Positions 35,512-45,818 are shown, counted from the stretch's first letter. The stretch: DNA of 64,000 nt from Thermoplasmatota archaeon (GCA_029932465.1 JAOZQA010000002.1:18992-82991); one strand, 5' to 3'. Made by a program: numbers and translations. Notes: generated by a model from the letters alone, not told the origin.

Positions 35512-36318
35512 ATGAAAATATTATTCATTACGGACCTGCACGGTAGAAGCGACAACCTGCTGAAGGCCGCGAGGATAGCGGAAGAGTCCTCCGACGCCCT
35601 CCTCATAGGCGGAGACATCCACCCCATCGGTTTTACAGTCAAGCCCTCGGACCAGTACAGGTTCTTCGTCGAGGAGGTGGCCCAGCCCCTTCAGGACGTG
35701 GGAGTGAAGGTCTTCGCCATTATGGGAAACGTGGACTGGAAGTCCAATCTGGAGAGGTACAGGGAGTTTCACCCGAGCCCCGTGCACTGGCTGAATTTAG
35801 AGGACGGCAGGATTGGGGATGTGCATCTCGCCGGAATGAGCTACGTGCCGATCACCCCCTTCTCAATCAAGGATTGGGATGCCTTTGACGGCGACGCACC
35901 TCTTCAGAGAGACTCTGTCCTGAGGGGTCTTGTCTCCAGCGCTAATGGACTTGAGATGAGAGAGGTGGGAGAGGGCACCCCCAATATAGCTGACGTTCTT
36001 AAGGAGATGGGGAGGAGGATGGAAGGGAGGAAGTGGATCCTTGTGAGCCACTGCCCCCCCTATGGAACCTCGCTGGATGTGGCCTCCGGCGGGGTGCATG
36101 TGGGCTCCAGGGCCCTGAAGGCTTTCCTCTCAACCCCCCAGGCCCCTTTTCTTTCCCTTCATGGACACATTCACGAGTCCCCCCAGATAACGGGAAAGAT
36201 CTGCGAGAGGGTTGGGAGGACCCTCTCCTGCAACCCCGGGGATTCGAGAGACCGCTTGAGAGCACTCCTGCTGGTGCTTGAGGGGAAGGAGATAGTATAC
36301 AGATTTTTTGAGGGATAA
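35512..36318 (+). CDS. Calcineurin-like metallophosphoesterase
   Basis: 'ILFITDLHG', 'GGDIHP', 'GNVDW', 'GHIHE' metal-binding motifs. Confidence 0.65.
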   Translation: MKILFITDLHGRSDNLLKAARIAEESSDALLIGGDIHPIGFTVKPSDQYRFFVEEVAQPLQDVGVKVFAIMGNVDWKSNLERYREFHPSPVHWLNLEDGRIGDVHLAGMSYVPITPFSIKDWDAFDGDAPLQRDSVLRGLVSSANGLEMREVGEGTPNIADVLKEMGRRMEGRKWILVSHCPPYGTSLDVASGGVHVGSRALKAFLSTPQAPFLSLHGHIHESPQITGKICERVGRTLSCNPGDSRDRLRALLLVLEGKEIVYRFFEG

Positions 36319-36352
36319 AGTTAAACTATCATCCCTTCAATACAACCCCAAA

Positions 36353-38755
36353 ATGGCCGAGATGATAAAAGCTGCTGTTAAGGTTTCCGGGGTCACGTGC
36401 TCCTCCTGCGCCAGAACCATAGAGGAAGTGGCAAGGTCCTCCGGAGCGGAAGAGGCCCGGGTGAACCCCTCCAGTGAGACCCTCCTTATCAGATACAGAC
36501 CGGGGAAGAGCAGCCTGAAGAAGCTTAAGAAGGCCGTTGAGGAGGCCGGCTACGGCCTTCACGGGGAGAAGGCGGTTATCAGAGTAGGCGGCATGACGTG
36601 TGCCATGTGTGTTAAGGCTGTGGAGGAAGCGCTCCTCTCCCTGGAAGGTGTACTGGAGGCCAGGGTGAACCTTTCTGCGGAGAAGGTTTACGTGGAATAC
36701 GTTCCTGATATGGTATCTCTGAAGGATATGAAGAGGGCCATAGAGAGGTCGGGATACAGATTCGTTGGGGAGGAGGCAGTGGATGAAAGGGGCAGGAAGC
36801 TCGCCCTGGTACGGATCTCTCTGGGCTTTGCAGTGGGCATCCCCCTCTTCCTTCTGGATTACCTTCCAGGGGCTTTCCACCTCTCTCCGCTTCAGCTACT
36901 CGCTCTCTCCCTTCCAGTCTTCCTTTTCATATCCTATCCAATCTTCAGGGCAGCCTACCGTTCCCTGAGAAACCGCAGGCTGAACATGGACGTTATGTAC
37001 TCAATGGGGATAGGTGTGGCCCTCTCATCCAGCCTGCTAGGGACCTTCCGCATAGTCCTGAACGAGGACTTCCTCTTCTATCACACCGCCATACTTCTGG
37101 CAACTTTCCTCCTCACAGGAAGGTACCTAGAGAGCCGTGCCAAGGGGAAGACCTCAGAGGCCCTGAAAAAGCTCATGGACTTCACCCCCACTAGAGCTAC
37201 CTTGATAAAGGACGGGAAACCTGTTGAGGTTAGAGCGGAGGATATCTCTCCAGGGGACCTGCTTCTCGTACGGAGCGGGGAGAGGATACCGGCGGACGGG
37301 GTTGTGAAAGAGGAGAGCACCTACGTGGATGAGTCCATGATAACGGGAGAGCCCATGCCCGTCCACAAAGAGGAGGGGAATGAAGTGGTGGGAGGAACAA
37401 TAAATCTGGGCAGCCCCATCAAGGTGGTAGCTGTGAAGGTGGGGAGGGAGACCCTGCTATCGCGGATAATTGACCTGGTGGAGCAGGCCCAGGGATCAAG
37501 GCCACCCGTGGAGAGAATCGCAGATAAGGCTGTGACCTACTTCATTCCCGCCGTCCTCACTGTGGCACTCTCCTCGTTCCTCTTCTGGTATGTGGTGATG
37601 GGCGAGGGGCTTCTATACTCTCTCACCATACTAATAACCGTCCTGGTGGTGGCCTGCCCCTGCGCCCTGGGCCTGGCAACCCCAACTGCTGTAACCGTGG
37701 GAATAGGCAGGGGAGCGGCCTTTGGGATCCTCATCAAGAACGGAGAGGCCCTTGAGGTCTCCGAGAGGATAACCACTGTGATTTTTGACAAGACTGGAAC
37801 CTTGACCAAGGGCAAACCTGTTGTCACGGACCTTTTCGGAGATGACAAAGAAAGGCTCCTCAGGCTGGCCGCAGCCCTTGACAGAAACTCCACCCACCCC
37901 TTGGGAAAGGCCATCATCGCGAAGGCAAATGAGATGGGGGTCAAGATACCAGAGAGCTCCTCCGTGGAGGAGGTGGGGGGCAAGGGTATTAAGGGAAGGG
38001 TGGATGGGGAGGTGGTGTTGCTGGGCAGCAGGAGGTTCATGGACGAGGTGAAGATTGAGATACCCCATTCCGTGCAGGTGGAGGCTGGGAGGCTGGAAGG
38101 AGAGGGGAAGAGCGTCATTTACGTATCAGACTCCAGGGGGTGTTTAGGCCTTCTGGCGCTGGAGGACAGTGTTAAGGAAAGCGCATACGACGCAGTCAGG
38201 TGGCTCAAAGGGATGGGGCTTGAGGTGGTGATGATAACCGGTGATAGGGAGAGGTCCGCAAGAGCCATAGCGTCAAAAGTCGGGATTGAGAGAGTAATTT
38301 CCGAGGTCCTTCCCCAGCAGAAGGAAGAAGAGGTGGAGAGGCTTCAGAGGTCCGGTGAAGTCGTGGCTTTCGTGGGCGACGGGATTAACGACGCTCCAGC
38401 GCTCGCCCGGGCCGACGTGGGAATAGCATTGGGCGGAGGGACGGACGTAGCCATGGAGAGCGGAGATATAGTGCTTATGAAGGATGACCTGCGCGACGTT
38501 GTGGCCGCCATACAGCTCAGCAGACGGACCATGTCAAAAATTAAGCAGAACCTCTTTTGGGCCTTCGCCTACAACACCGCCCTGATCCCGGTGGCGGCCG
38601 GTGCCCTTCATCCATTCTTCGGTGTGACCTTCCGCCCAGAGCTTGCGGGGCTCGCCATGGCCCTAAGCTCCCTCACAGTTGTGAGTCTCTCCCTACTACT
38701 GAAGAGGTACACTCCTGAAGTCAAGAGATCTGCTGAGGTGAAAAAATGGCTATAG
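36353..38755 (+). CDS. copA: Copper-translocating P1B-type ATPase with two N-terminal HMA domains
   Basis: Two 'G(V/M)TC..C' HMA motifs, 'CPC' in TM6 ('VACPCALGLATP'), 'DKTGTLT', 'GDGINDAPAL'. Confidence 0.85.
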   Translation: MAEMIKAAVKVSGVTCSSCARTIEEVARSSGAEEARVNPSSETLLIRYRPGKSSLKKLKKAVEEAGYGLHGEKAVIRVGGMTCAMCVKAVEEALLSLEGVLEARVNLSAEKVYVEYVPDMVSLKDMKRAIERSGYRFVGEEAVDERGRKLALVRISLGFAVGIPLFLLDYLPGAFHLSPLQLLALSLPVFLFISYPIFRAAYRSLRNRRLNMDVMYSMGIGVALSSSLLGTFRIVLNEDFLFYHTAILLATFLLTGRYLESRAKGKTSEALKKLMDFTPTRATLIKDGKPVEVRAEDISPGDLLLVRSGERIPADGVVKEESTYVDESMITGEPMPVHKEEGNEVVGGTINLGSPIKVVAVKVGRETLLSRIIDLVEQAQGSRPPVERIADKAVTYFIPAVLTVALSSFLFWYVVMGEGLLYSLTILITVLVVACPCALGLATPTAVTVGIGRGAAFGILIKNGEALEVSERITTVIFDKTGTLTKGKPVVTDLFGDDKERLLRLAAALDRNSTHPLGKAIIAKANEMGVKIPESSSVEEVGGKGIKGRVDGEVVLLGSRRFMDEVKIEIPHSVQVEAGRLEGEGKSVIYVSDSRGCLGLLALEDSVKESAYDAVRWLKGMGLEVVMITGDRERSARAIASKVGIERVISEVLPQQKEEEVERLQRSGEVVAFVGDGINDAPALARADVGIALGGGTDVAMESGDIVLMKDDLRDVVAAIQLSRRTMSKIKQNLFWAFAYNTALIPVAAGALHPFFGVTFRPELAGLAMALSSLTVVSLSLLLKRYTPEVKRSAEVKKWL

Positions 38756-38895
38756 ATCCTGTATGTAAAATGGAGGTTGACCCGAAAAGGGCAAAGTACA
38801 AGAGCGTGTATAAAGGCGTAACCTATTACTTCTGCGCCCCGGGGTGCAAGAAGGCCTTTGAGAGGGACCCCAAGAGGTATCTGTCGTGGAACTAG
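38746..38895 (+). CDS. TRASH/YHS-domain small metal-binding protein (49 aa), not in ORF track
   Basis: ATG overlaps the copA stop by 10 nt; translation MAIDPVCKMEVDPKRAKYKSVYKGVTYYFCAPGCKKAFERDPKRYLSWN shows the 'DPVC.M.V...YYFC..GC' TRASH/YHS signature. Confidence 0.6.
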   Translation: MAIDPVCKMEVDPKRAKYKSVYKGVTYYFCAPGCKKAFERDPKRYLSWN

Positions 38896-39779
38896 ATAAG
38901 ACCCTGATAAAGGGACGGGTCCACTACAATGTATAGGCCGTCCAGGTCGTCAACAAGTGTTTCGGGAAGGTCTGGAGAACCTGGGGGAATGTCGAAGAAA
39001 AGCCTGTAGTATTCAACCTCCCCGGGATAGAGGGTGGTGTCGGGGGGCTGAGGTACCTCAATTGCATCCAGCACAGTTCCTGATGTGCAGTTCAGGGTGA
39101 GGTGCCACGCTTCAAAATGTGTCACGTTTTCCCCAATATTAGTCACCTTTATGTCCATATACAGATATTTCTCTCTCTCCGTTCCGTTCTCTCTCCCGCA
39201 CCCCAGAATCTCTATTCTAGCTGGGCTCCTCCAAGGTCTGAATTCAATGTTGTCAGGAAGGCCCACCTCAACGGTGGTCCGGTTGTACGGCCCTGCTTCC
39301 ACAGAGAGCCTGAAGGGCTTTTCATGGTACTGCAGTGTAAATGCTCCCCACCCCTCCACCCTCCCCCCAGGGGTCACCTCATTGAAGAAGAAGGAGTTGT
39401 TGATGTACTCCGTCAGAGTTACTATGTCCTCACTCCCCAAGTTCGTCTCCAAAGTAATGTATAGATCGAAAAAGGTAAGTGTCAGGTCCCCCAGATTCTC
39501 CATCTCGATGTAGATCATAAGCCAGCGATAGCCTAAGGGAGTCATTCGGGAGGTTAGTCTGTCTGTAGTGAAGATGTCGCGGACGGTTACGTTGATAGGA
39601 ATCTGCATCTCCTTCTCTTTCGGCGTCCCCTTCTCATCGCCGCCCTGATGTGCTAGAAGGAAGGCAAACGTTCCCAGAACAACAAGTGCAGATGCCACCA
39701 ATATAAGGGTTTTCATTACCATAAGAGGTAGTGTACACTTCGCCCGTTTTAAATCTTTGTATCGGAATGTTAAGAGCAA
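38892..39779 (-). CDS. Exported hypothetical protein (signal/TM anchor, beta-rich)
   Basis: 295 aa; hydrophobic 'MKTLILVASALVVLGTFAFLLA' after a possibly spurious N-terminal extension; several N-x-S/T sequons. Confidence 0.4.
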   Translation of the reverse strand: MLLTFRYKDLKRAKCTLPLMVMKTLILVASALVVLGTFAFLLAHQGGDEKGTPKEKEMQIPINVTVRDIFTTDRLTSRMTPLGYRWLMIYIEMENLGDLTLTFFDLYITLETNLGSEDIVTLTEYINNSFFFNEVTPGGRVEGWGAFTLQYHEKPFRLSVEAGPYNRTTVEVGLPDNIEFRPWRSPARIEILGCGRENGTEREKYLYMDIKVTNIGENVTHFEAWHLTLNCTSGTVLDAIEVPQPPDTTLYPGEVEYYRLFFDIPPGSPDLPETLVDDLDGLYIVVDPSLYQGLI

Positions 39780-39864
39780 GAATATGAGTTATGCAAGTTA
39801 TAAGGAAGAATGATAGGGGATGTTAAGACAAGGTGCAAAATCTAGATATTCTAGAATACAAATG

Positions 39865-39872
39865 TTTAAATA
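39865..39872 (+). promoter_or_regulatory. TATA box (TTTAAATA) with purine-rich BRE; promoter of the giant beta-helix surface protein gene
   Basis: ~52 nt upstream of the ATG at 39924; GGTG RBS at -8; AT-rich 39780-39923 intergenic. Confidence 0.5.
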
Positions 39873-39923
39873 GGAAGGGGTCAATAGGTAAGGGTTTAGG
39901 ACTTTTTTAAAGGTGGTAATATT

Positions 39924-42900
39924 ATGAATTTGCATGGGACGCAGGTGATGGTGTTTGTTGCGGCGAGTGTGCTTTCTCTTGCTATCCTGACCACTGCATT
40001 CACCCAGAACGGCGATCAGGAGCTGAAAGAGGGGGAGCTACATGTGGGCGAAGGTTATGAGTTCCCCTCAGTTCAGATCGCTATAGATTCAGCGGCGGAG
40101 GGCTCTACAATCGTGGTGCACTCAGGTGAGTACCATGAGAGACTTTTCATCTATCGTGGAATAACCCTTAAAGCTGCCCCGGGGGAAAGCTTTCATCTTG
40201 CGGCATCCTCCGATGACCCCGGCCCTCCCGGGACAAGGGGTGCAGCCCTCATTATCACATCCTCTTCCCCCGTGACCATCAACGGGGGTACCTACTCCTA
40301 CTCGGGAGGCACGTGGAACGATGCCGCCATAAAGATCCAGTATGGTTATGGACATACGATCCAGAACGCAAATATCAAAGACAGCAAACAAGGCATTTGG
40401 GTTCACGGAGGGGACTTAAGAACATCTCTCTCCTGTGGGAACATAAGGATCTCAGGCAACACAATTCAGAACATAAGTGGCCATGGAATATACCTGCAGA
40501 GGTCCTATGCCAATATCTACGGTAACACCATCTCTCTATGTGGGGAGGGCATTATGGTGGCCCACGGGTACACCTCCTCCGGTGGGGGAATATGGGGCAA
40601 CGAGATTCACAACTCAACCGTTGGAGTCTTCCTTGAAAGCGACTGGGTTCCCAAACTTGATCAGAACACCTTTTCTGACTGCCAATGGGGTGTTTACCTT
40701 AACGATACCTCTTCCCCTCTTACCTTAAACAACAATGACTATTACCGCTGCTCAGTGGGAATGTTCTATCGGGGAAGCAACGGACCGATACTCGACCAAG
40801 AGGTATATTATAATTGCACCACTGCCCTTCACACAGGAGCGGCAGGAGGGGGGAAGCTTATTGTGCGCTCCTGCGAAATTTACGGATCAGAGGGCTACTC
40901 AATAAACCTCACAACGCAGATTGACGCACGGGGATTGAGGGTGGTAGGGGCAGGGGGTACCCTTTTCAAACTGGGAAATAATGGTGACATTTCCATTCAC
41001 GATTCCTATCTGGAGACCTCCAGAGAGTCCTTGAGGGCCATAGGCACTGGAAGCATTACCATGATGAACACCACCTTAAGCTCTCTCTCCCGCTCCTTTG
41101 TCTCAGAAGATTCTGTCCTGGTGGAACTGAGCCAATGCAACTTTACCTCCCGGGAGAACAGCTTTGTTATGGAGGGGGGTGGGAGCCTTCACTCAGCGAA
41201 TTCTGATTTTACCTCCACATCCGGTAGGGCCCTTAAGCTTTCCAATTTGACGAGGTCCTATCTTCAGGGCGGCGGTGCATTCTCCGACGGGGCTCAGGTG
41301 ATATACCTCTTCCGATGCGTGGATTTCAATCTAAACAATGTTAAGATAACAGGGAGCAATGGTGCCGGGCTTTTCCTGAAGGAATCGCAGAGGGTCTTAG
41401 CCTCCTATCTGAGGATAGATGGAAACCTCTCGGAGGGGATTATAATTACCGGCGAAGGCCAGGATTTCCTCAGACACACTATCGGAGAGACGAACACCTT
41501 CGGCGGCAAGCCCATATACTATATCTATGGGGAGAGCGGGGGGGTCTTCAACCTAACGGATAAAGGTGAGGTGATCATAGCAGGCACAACGGACGCTGTT
41601 ATAAGAGAAGTGGGGTGTTCCCCAGGCTCTACGTGGGTTCTTGGATCTCAGAATGTGACCTTTCTCAACTCAACCCTTGAACAGGGCCTCCATACAATAG
41701 ATTCCAGTGATATCAACGGCGAAAACCTTCTTCTCAGGCCCTCCTCTTATTCAGGAGTCTCCCTCCTTATGGAGAACTCTACACTTCACCTCTTCAACTC
41801 AACGCTCTTTGAGGGCATAGGGAGCTCGGAAACCTTCTACCTCTCCCGCTCCTCCCGGGCCCACTTCTACAACACCACCTTTTCAGGCTACGGATACATA
41901 GACTCCTCCACCCTTACCACCTACCATCTGATTGGACTTAAGGTCCTCTTCTCCGACGATGTAGCAGCCCCCGGGGTGGAGTATCTCCTGAGCCTAGATA
42001 ATTCAACCTTCCGCGCCACTGCCCTCTTTTCAGGGACTTCCCCTCCAACGGATGAGAACGGCACAGCAGGCCCATGGTGGATCCCGCACATTACCTATGA
42101 TGATTCCTCCCTGACCGAACATCTCTTTACAATAACGGTGAACGCAACTGTGGATAGGTCATGGCAGGAGGAGAGGAGCGTCAATACCTCCTTTGACCAT
42201 ATTGAGGTTTTTAGGACCTCAGACATAAGAGCACCGGCGATACCTTCAGGCGTTGAAGCGCATCCAGTGGAAGGGGGAGATGAGATCCTTATCACCTGGA
42301 AAGACAACGAGGACGACACGGACCTCTACAGGGTCTATCTGGTTGGAAACACCCTTCAGCTTCTCGGAGAGAGCACTAGCGCCTCCTTCAGGGATGTGGG
42401 GGTTGAGAATGGCACTTCAAGGACCTACAGGGTCAGTGCAGTGGACGAAGAGGGAATAGAAAGCGACCTCTCGCCTCCCGTCACGGCAATTGCAAGGGAT
42501 TACGTACCCCCAGAGAGGCCCTCATCCCTGTGGGTGGTAGGATACGGCGGAATAAACGCCACACTTCTTTGGTCGGAATCGTCCTCAGAGGACGTGGTCA
42601 TTTACAGGATTTTTGTGGCCATGGGAAGGAGAGGGGGTGGGGGAATAGAAGGTTTCCTTCTGGCAGGAGAGACCACGGATAACACCTTTGAGGTTTTTGA
42701 CCTCCTTCCGGAGACCGAATACACCCTCACAGTGCTCGCCTATGATGAGGCTTCCAATCCCTCCCTCCCAGCTCCCATGGCGTACATCACAACCCCAGAC
42801 ATAACGTGGCCTGTTGTCTCAAACCTCACATGGAAGGTTGACCTTTATCAGGTAACGGTGGAGTGGGACACCGATCAGGTGACGCAGGGGACTCTGCATC

Positions 42901-43748
42901 TGGGCACCTCCACTGAGAACATGCAAGAATATAGCGAGGAGGAATATTCACTTCACCACACGATTTTTGTGGATCGTCTAGCCCATAACGCTACATATTA
43001 CTTCTGGGTCTATTCGGAGGAGCCTTCAGGGAACAGCGTCGCAGATGACAACGGGGGGAACTTCTACACATTTAAGACACCACCCTTTGAAGGCTACCTG
43101 AGAATTGAAATTCTATCTTCAAGAGACGGTACTTTTATCACAGGCGCCGCCGTCAGGGCTTCGGGGAGAAGCGCTCAAATGGGCCTCGCTGAGATCTCCC
43201 CCGGGGTCTATTCGGGAACACTTGAGCCGGGCCCCTGGACAATCAGTGTAAACGCAGATGGGTTCGTCTCTCCATCTCCCTTCGATGTGGAGGTTAAGAT
43301 CCTCAAGTGGACCAACTTGACGCTCAACATGACACCCGCCGGGCCTCCATTATGTAACCTTTCAATAAGGATTGTGGATAAGGACGGTAGGGGAATTGAA
43401 GGGGCTTCTCTCACCTTTGAAGGGATGGAGTACACCTCTGATGAGGATGGGTGGGTCCACCTGGGTTATGTACCATCTAACGCCACATATACCCTCACGG
43501 TGGAGGGCGAAGGCTACAATAAAAGGAGCGTTAAGGTGGAGATTCCCTACGGAGAGGAGGAGGTGGAGGAGAAGATAACCCTGAAGAAGGAGGGAGGAGG
43601 GTCCCTTCTTTGGTTGGCAGTGCTCCTGATAGCTTTAGTTGGAGCCCTAGGGGCGGTTTTTTACATGAGAAGCAGAGGGAAGGGGGAGGCAAAAGCCAAG
43701 GAAAGACCCCCAGAGGAGGAGCCGGAGGTTAAGAGCGGGAAGGTGTGA
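39924..43748 (+). CDS. Giant surface protein: signal peptide, right-handed parallel beta-helix (pectate-lyase/NosD-like) repeats, FN3/Ig-like and carboxypeptidase-regulatory-like domains, C-terminal TM anchor
   Basis: 1274 aa; repeated 'GN.I.......GI.L' beta-helix motifs; FN3-like 'YRVYLVGNT...YRVSAVDEEGIESDLS'; very many N-x-S/T sequons; C-terminal 'LLWLAVLLIALVGALGAVFYMRSRGK' then a charged tail. Confidence 0.7.
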   Translation: MNLHGTQVMVFVAASVLSLAILTTAFTQNGDQELKEGELHVGEGYEFPSVQIAIDSAAEGSTIVVHSGEYHERLFIYRGITLKAAPGESFHLAASSDDPGPPGTRGAALIITSSSPVTINGGTYSYSGGTWNDAAIKIQYGYGHTIQNANIKDSKQGIWVHGGDLRTSLSCGNIRISGNTIQNISGHGIYLQRSYANIYGNTISLCGEGIMVAHGYTSSGGGIWGNEIHNSTVGVFLESDWVPKLDQNTFSDCQWGVYLNDTSSPLTLNNNDYYRCSVGMFYRGSNGPILDQEVYYNCTTALHTGAAGGGKLIVRSCEIYGSEGYSINLTTQIDARGLRVVGAGGTLFKLGNNGDISIHDSYLETSRESLRAIGTGSITMMNTTLSSLSRSFVSEDSVLVELSQCNFTSRENSFVMEGGGSLHSANSDFTSTSGRALKLSNLTRSYLQGGGAFSDGAQVIYLFRCVDFNLNNVKITGSNGAGLFLKESQRVLASYLRIDGNLSEGIIITGEGQDFLRHTIGETNTFGGKPIYYIYGESGGVFNLTDKGEVIIAGTTDAVIREVGCSPGSTWVLGSQNVTFLNSTLEQGLHTIDSSDINGENLLLRPSSYSGVSLLMENSTLHLFNSTLFEGIGSSETFYLSRSSRAHFYNTTFSGYGYIDSSTLTTYHLIGLKVLFSDDVAAPGVEYLLSLDNSTFRATALFSGTSPPTDENGTAGPWWIPHITYDDSSLTEHLFTITVNATVDRSWQEERSVNTSFDHIEVFRTSDIRAPAIPSGVEAHPVEGGDEILITWKDNEDDTDLYRVYLVGNTLQLLGESTSASFRDVGVENGTSRTYRVSAVDEEGIESDLSPPVTAIARDYVPPERPSSLWVVGYGGINATLLWSESSSEDVVIYRIFVAMGRRGGGGIEGFLLAGETTDNTFEVFDLLPETEYTLTVLAYDEASNPSLPAPMAYITTPDITWPVVSNLTWKVDLYQVTVEWDTDQVTQGTLHLGTSTENMQEYSEEEYSLHHTIFVDRLAHNATYYFWVYSEEPSGNSVADDNGGNFYTFKTPPFEGYLRIEILSSRDGTFITGAAVRASGRSAQMGLAEISPGVYSGTLEPGPWTISVNADGFVSPSPFDVEVKILKWTNLTLNMTPAGPPLCNLSIRIVDKDGRGIEGASLTFEGMEYTSDEDGWVHLGYVPSNATYTLTVEGEGYNKRSVKVEIPYGEEEVEEKITLKKEGGGSLLWLAVLLIALVGALGAVFYMRSRGKGEAKAKERPPEEEPEVKSGKV

Positions 43749-44246
43749 TCAGGGGCCGGCGTGCATCATGGGCCACCCCTCCTCGTATTCTTCCAGGGTG
43801 CGTATGTTCTCAAGCTCCGCCTCAAGGAGCCTGTAGTGTCCCTCCTCCATTCTGGAGAGGGCCTTTAGCATCTCGGATGTCTTTCTGTCATCAAACAGCT
43901 CTGAAAGAGAGAGGTAAAAATCCCTGGCAGCCTCCTCTGCCGCCATGGCCTGCTCCACTATGGAGCTCACCGCTGCCTCATCGGAGTACTTCACGGAGGG
44001 AAGCGGTACTGGGGTCCTCTCGGGCAGCACTACATCGCCTCCTCCTGTCTTCTTCCTGTAGAGCTCTTCTAAGTATGCTCTGTGTCTCCTCTCCTCCCCC
44101 GCTAGAAAGTTGAGGCGATCCTTCAAAAAGAAGTTCCCCACCCTTCCGGCGAGGCTGGAATATATTCTCTCACTCTCAACCTCGCTTTTTATGGCCGCTA
44201 GGAGAAGGTCCTCCAGTGTGTAGCCACTTAAGTCCATATAGATCAC
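43749..44246 (-). CDS. Rubrerythrin/ferritin-like diiron domain protein (no rubredoxin domain)
   Basis: Two E-x-x-H motifs ('EERRHRAYLEEL', 'MEEGHYRLLEAEL') in a four-helix-bundle-sized protein. Confidence 0.5.
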   Translation of the reverse strand: MIYMDLSGYTLEDLLLAAIKSEVESERIYSSLAGRVGNFFLKDRLNFLAGEERRHRAYLEELYRKKTGGGDVVLPERTPVPLPSVKYSDEAAVSSIVEQAMAAEEAARDFYLSLSELFDDRKTSEMLKALSRMEEGHYRLLEAELENIRTLEEYEEGWPMMHAGP

Positions 44247-44332
44247 CGTGTGAGATTAGGGCGGGCACGCTTTAAATTTTTGTGCGGTGAGGGGGTTTAT
44301 TTTATATACAGGCAGGTGAATCAAAATCCTCC

Positions 44333-44683
44333 ATGAAAATCACCAAGGTATCGCCGAAAGAGATTTCAAAAAGGTTGAACAAACCCTGGACGCCCCTTAA
44401 GCTACTGAATGTGAACGATCACGTGGTGAGGATGGCCCTCTTCAAAGGTGAGTACCACTGGCACGTTCACCGGGGAGAGGATGAGCTTTTCTACGTTCTC
44501 AAGGGAGAAGTGAAGATAAGGGTGAAGGAAGGAGAGGACGTGGTGCTTGGGGAGGGAGAGATGGTCGTGGTTCCCCGGGGAGTTGAGCACGCCCCCGTAA
44601 GCGAAGAGGGGGCTTTAGTCCTTATGTTTGAACCAGAAGCGCTAAAAAGCCGTGGTGATGAGAATGCCTCCGGCGGCGGTTAA
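44333..44683 (+). CDS. Cupin-domain protein
   Basis: 116 aa; 'GEYHWHVHRGEDELFYVLKGEVKI...VVVPRGVEHAP' cupin motifs 1 and 2. Confidence 0.6.
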   Translation: MKITKVSPKEISKRLNKPWTPLKLLNVNDHVVRMALFKGEYHWHVHRGEDELFYVLKGEVKIRVKEGEDVVLGEGEMVVVPRGVEHAPVSEEGALVLMFEPEALKSRGDENASGGG

Positions 44684-45212
44684 AACCATAAGGGACTTAA
44701 TTTTCTGGCAGTATGCCAAGATAATAGCTGCCTCCGCAGGGATGGGTAAGAGCAATTACCGCTTTATAATGGATCGCTATAAGAAGCTGCGGAGCGGTGA
44801 GATCGAATGGTCTAGCTCAATAAGAGAGTACGTCAAAGAGCGTGAGCGCCTGGACGAGTGCATATACTGTGGAGCGAAGGGGAATCTCTCCGTTGACCAC
44901 CTCATCCCACTAAGCCGGGGTGGGCCAGACACCCCGGACAATGCGGTTATGGCGTGCAGGAGCTGCAACTCCTCAAAGGGCAGCAGAGGAGTGTACGAGT
45001 GGTACGGTCTGGAGGGCAGAGACCACCTTCCAAGAGTTGTTGAGGGGAAGTACTTAAAGCTCCTCTATCGTCTTCACGACGAGAGAGGGTCGTTGGATGT
45101 GGGGAGGGCAGACCTTGAAAGGCTCTGCAACGAGTGTGAGATCTCTCACCTCTGCGAAGAGAGCGTACTCACTGTTTACTGTCTTGAAAGCATACTGAGA
45201 AAAAGAAGATGA
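44652..45212 (+). CDS. HNH endonuclease-domain protein
   Basis: 'CIYCGAKGNLSVDHLIPLSRGGPDTPDNAVMACRSCNSSKG' classic HNH; overlaps the cupin gene end, so the start is probably internal. Confidence 0.65.
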   Translation: MVMRMPPAAVKTIRDLIFWQYAKIIAASAGMGKSNYRFIMDRYKKLRSGEIEWSSSIREYVKERERLDECIYCGAKGNLSVDHLIPLSRGGPDTPDNAVMACRSCNSSKGSRGVYEWYGLEGRDHLPRVVEGKYLKLLYRLHDERGSLDVGRADLERLCNECEISHLCEESVLTVYCLESILRKRR

Positions 45213-45251
45213 TGAAGGGGAGGACCCCTATCATCAAGGCACATCTGTTTT

Positions 45252-45818
45252 CTATATCTTTCCGACAAGATCCAAATCTATTTTGAGAGATTCCGTCCCA
45301 GGCTCCCAGCTAGCTGGGCACGCGTGCCCCGGGTTCTCCCTGACGAACTTTGACGCCTTCAGCCTTCGCAGAATCTCTTTCGCTGACCTCCCTATGGAGT
45401 TGTCGTGGATATCAGCCATCCTCACAACTCCGTCGGGGTCTATTATGAAGGTGGCCCTCCATGATACTCCCTCGTCTTCTATGTAGGTGCCGTATGCCCT
45501 TGATATTCTCCCAGTAGGGTCTGCCACCATGGGGAAGCGAACCTTTGATACTGCCCTTGAGGTATCATGCCACGCTTTATGGACGTAGGCGGTGTCTGTG
45601 CTTATGCTCAGGATATCTGCGTTGACCTTTCTGAACTCGTCATACATCTCAGCCATCTCTTCAAGCTCGGTTGGACAGACGAAGGTGAAGTCTGCTGGGT
45701 AGAATATGAGCACAACCCACTTTCCTCTGAAGTCCCTTAAGTTTATCTTCTTTATCTCACCATCGTGGTATGCATCCGCTTCAAAATCCAGCGCTTCCTT
45801 TCCTACAAGTGTTTCCAT
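45252..45818 (-). CDS. Peroxiredoxin (AhpC/Prx family)
   Basis: 'FYPADFTFVCPTEL' peroxidatic Cys motif; resolving Cys near the C-terminus ('GHACPASW'). Confidence 0.85.
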   Translation of the reverse strand: METLVGKEALDFEADAYHDGEIKKINLRDFRGKWVVLIFYPADFTFVCPTELEEMAEMYDEFRKVNADILSISTDTAYVHKAWHDTSRAVSKVRFPMVADPTGRISRAYGTYIEDEGVSWRATFIIDPDGVVRMADIHDNSIGRSAKEILRRLKASKFVRENPGHACPASWEPGTESLKIDLDLVGKI

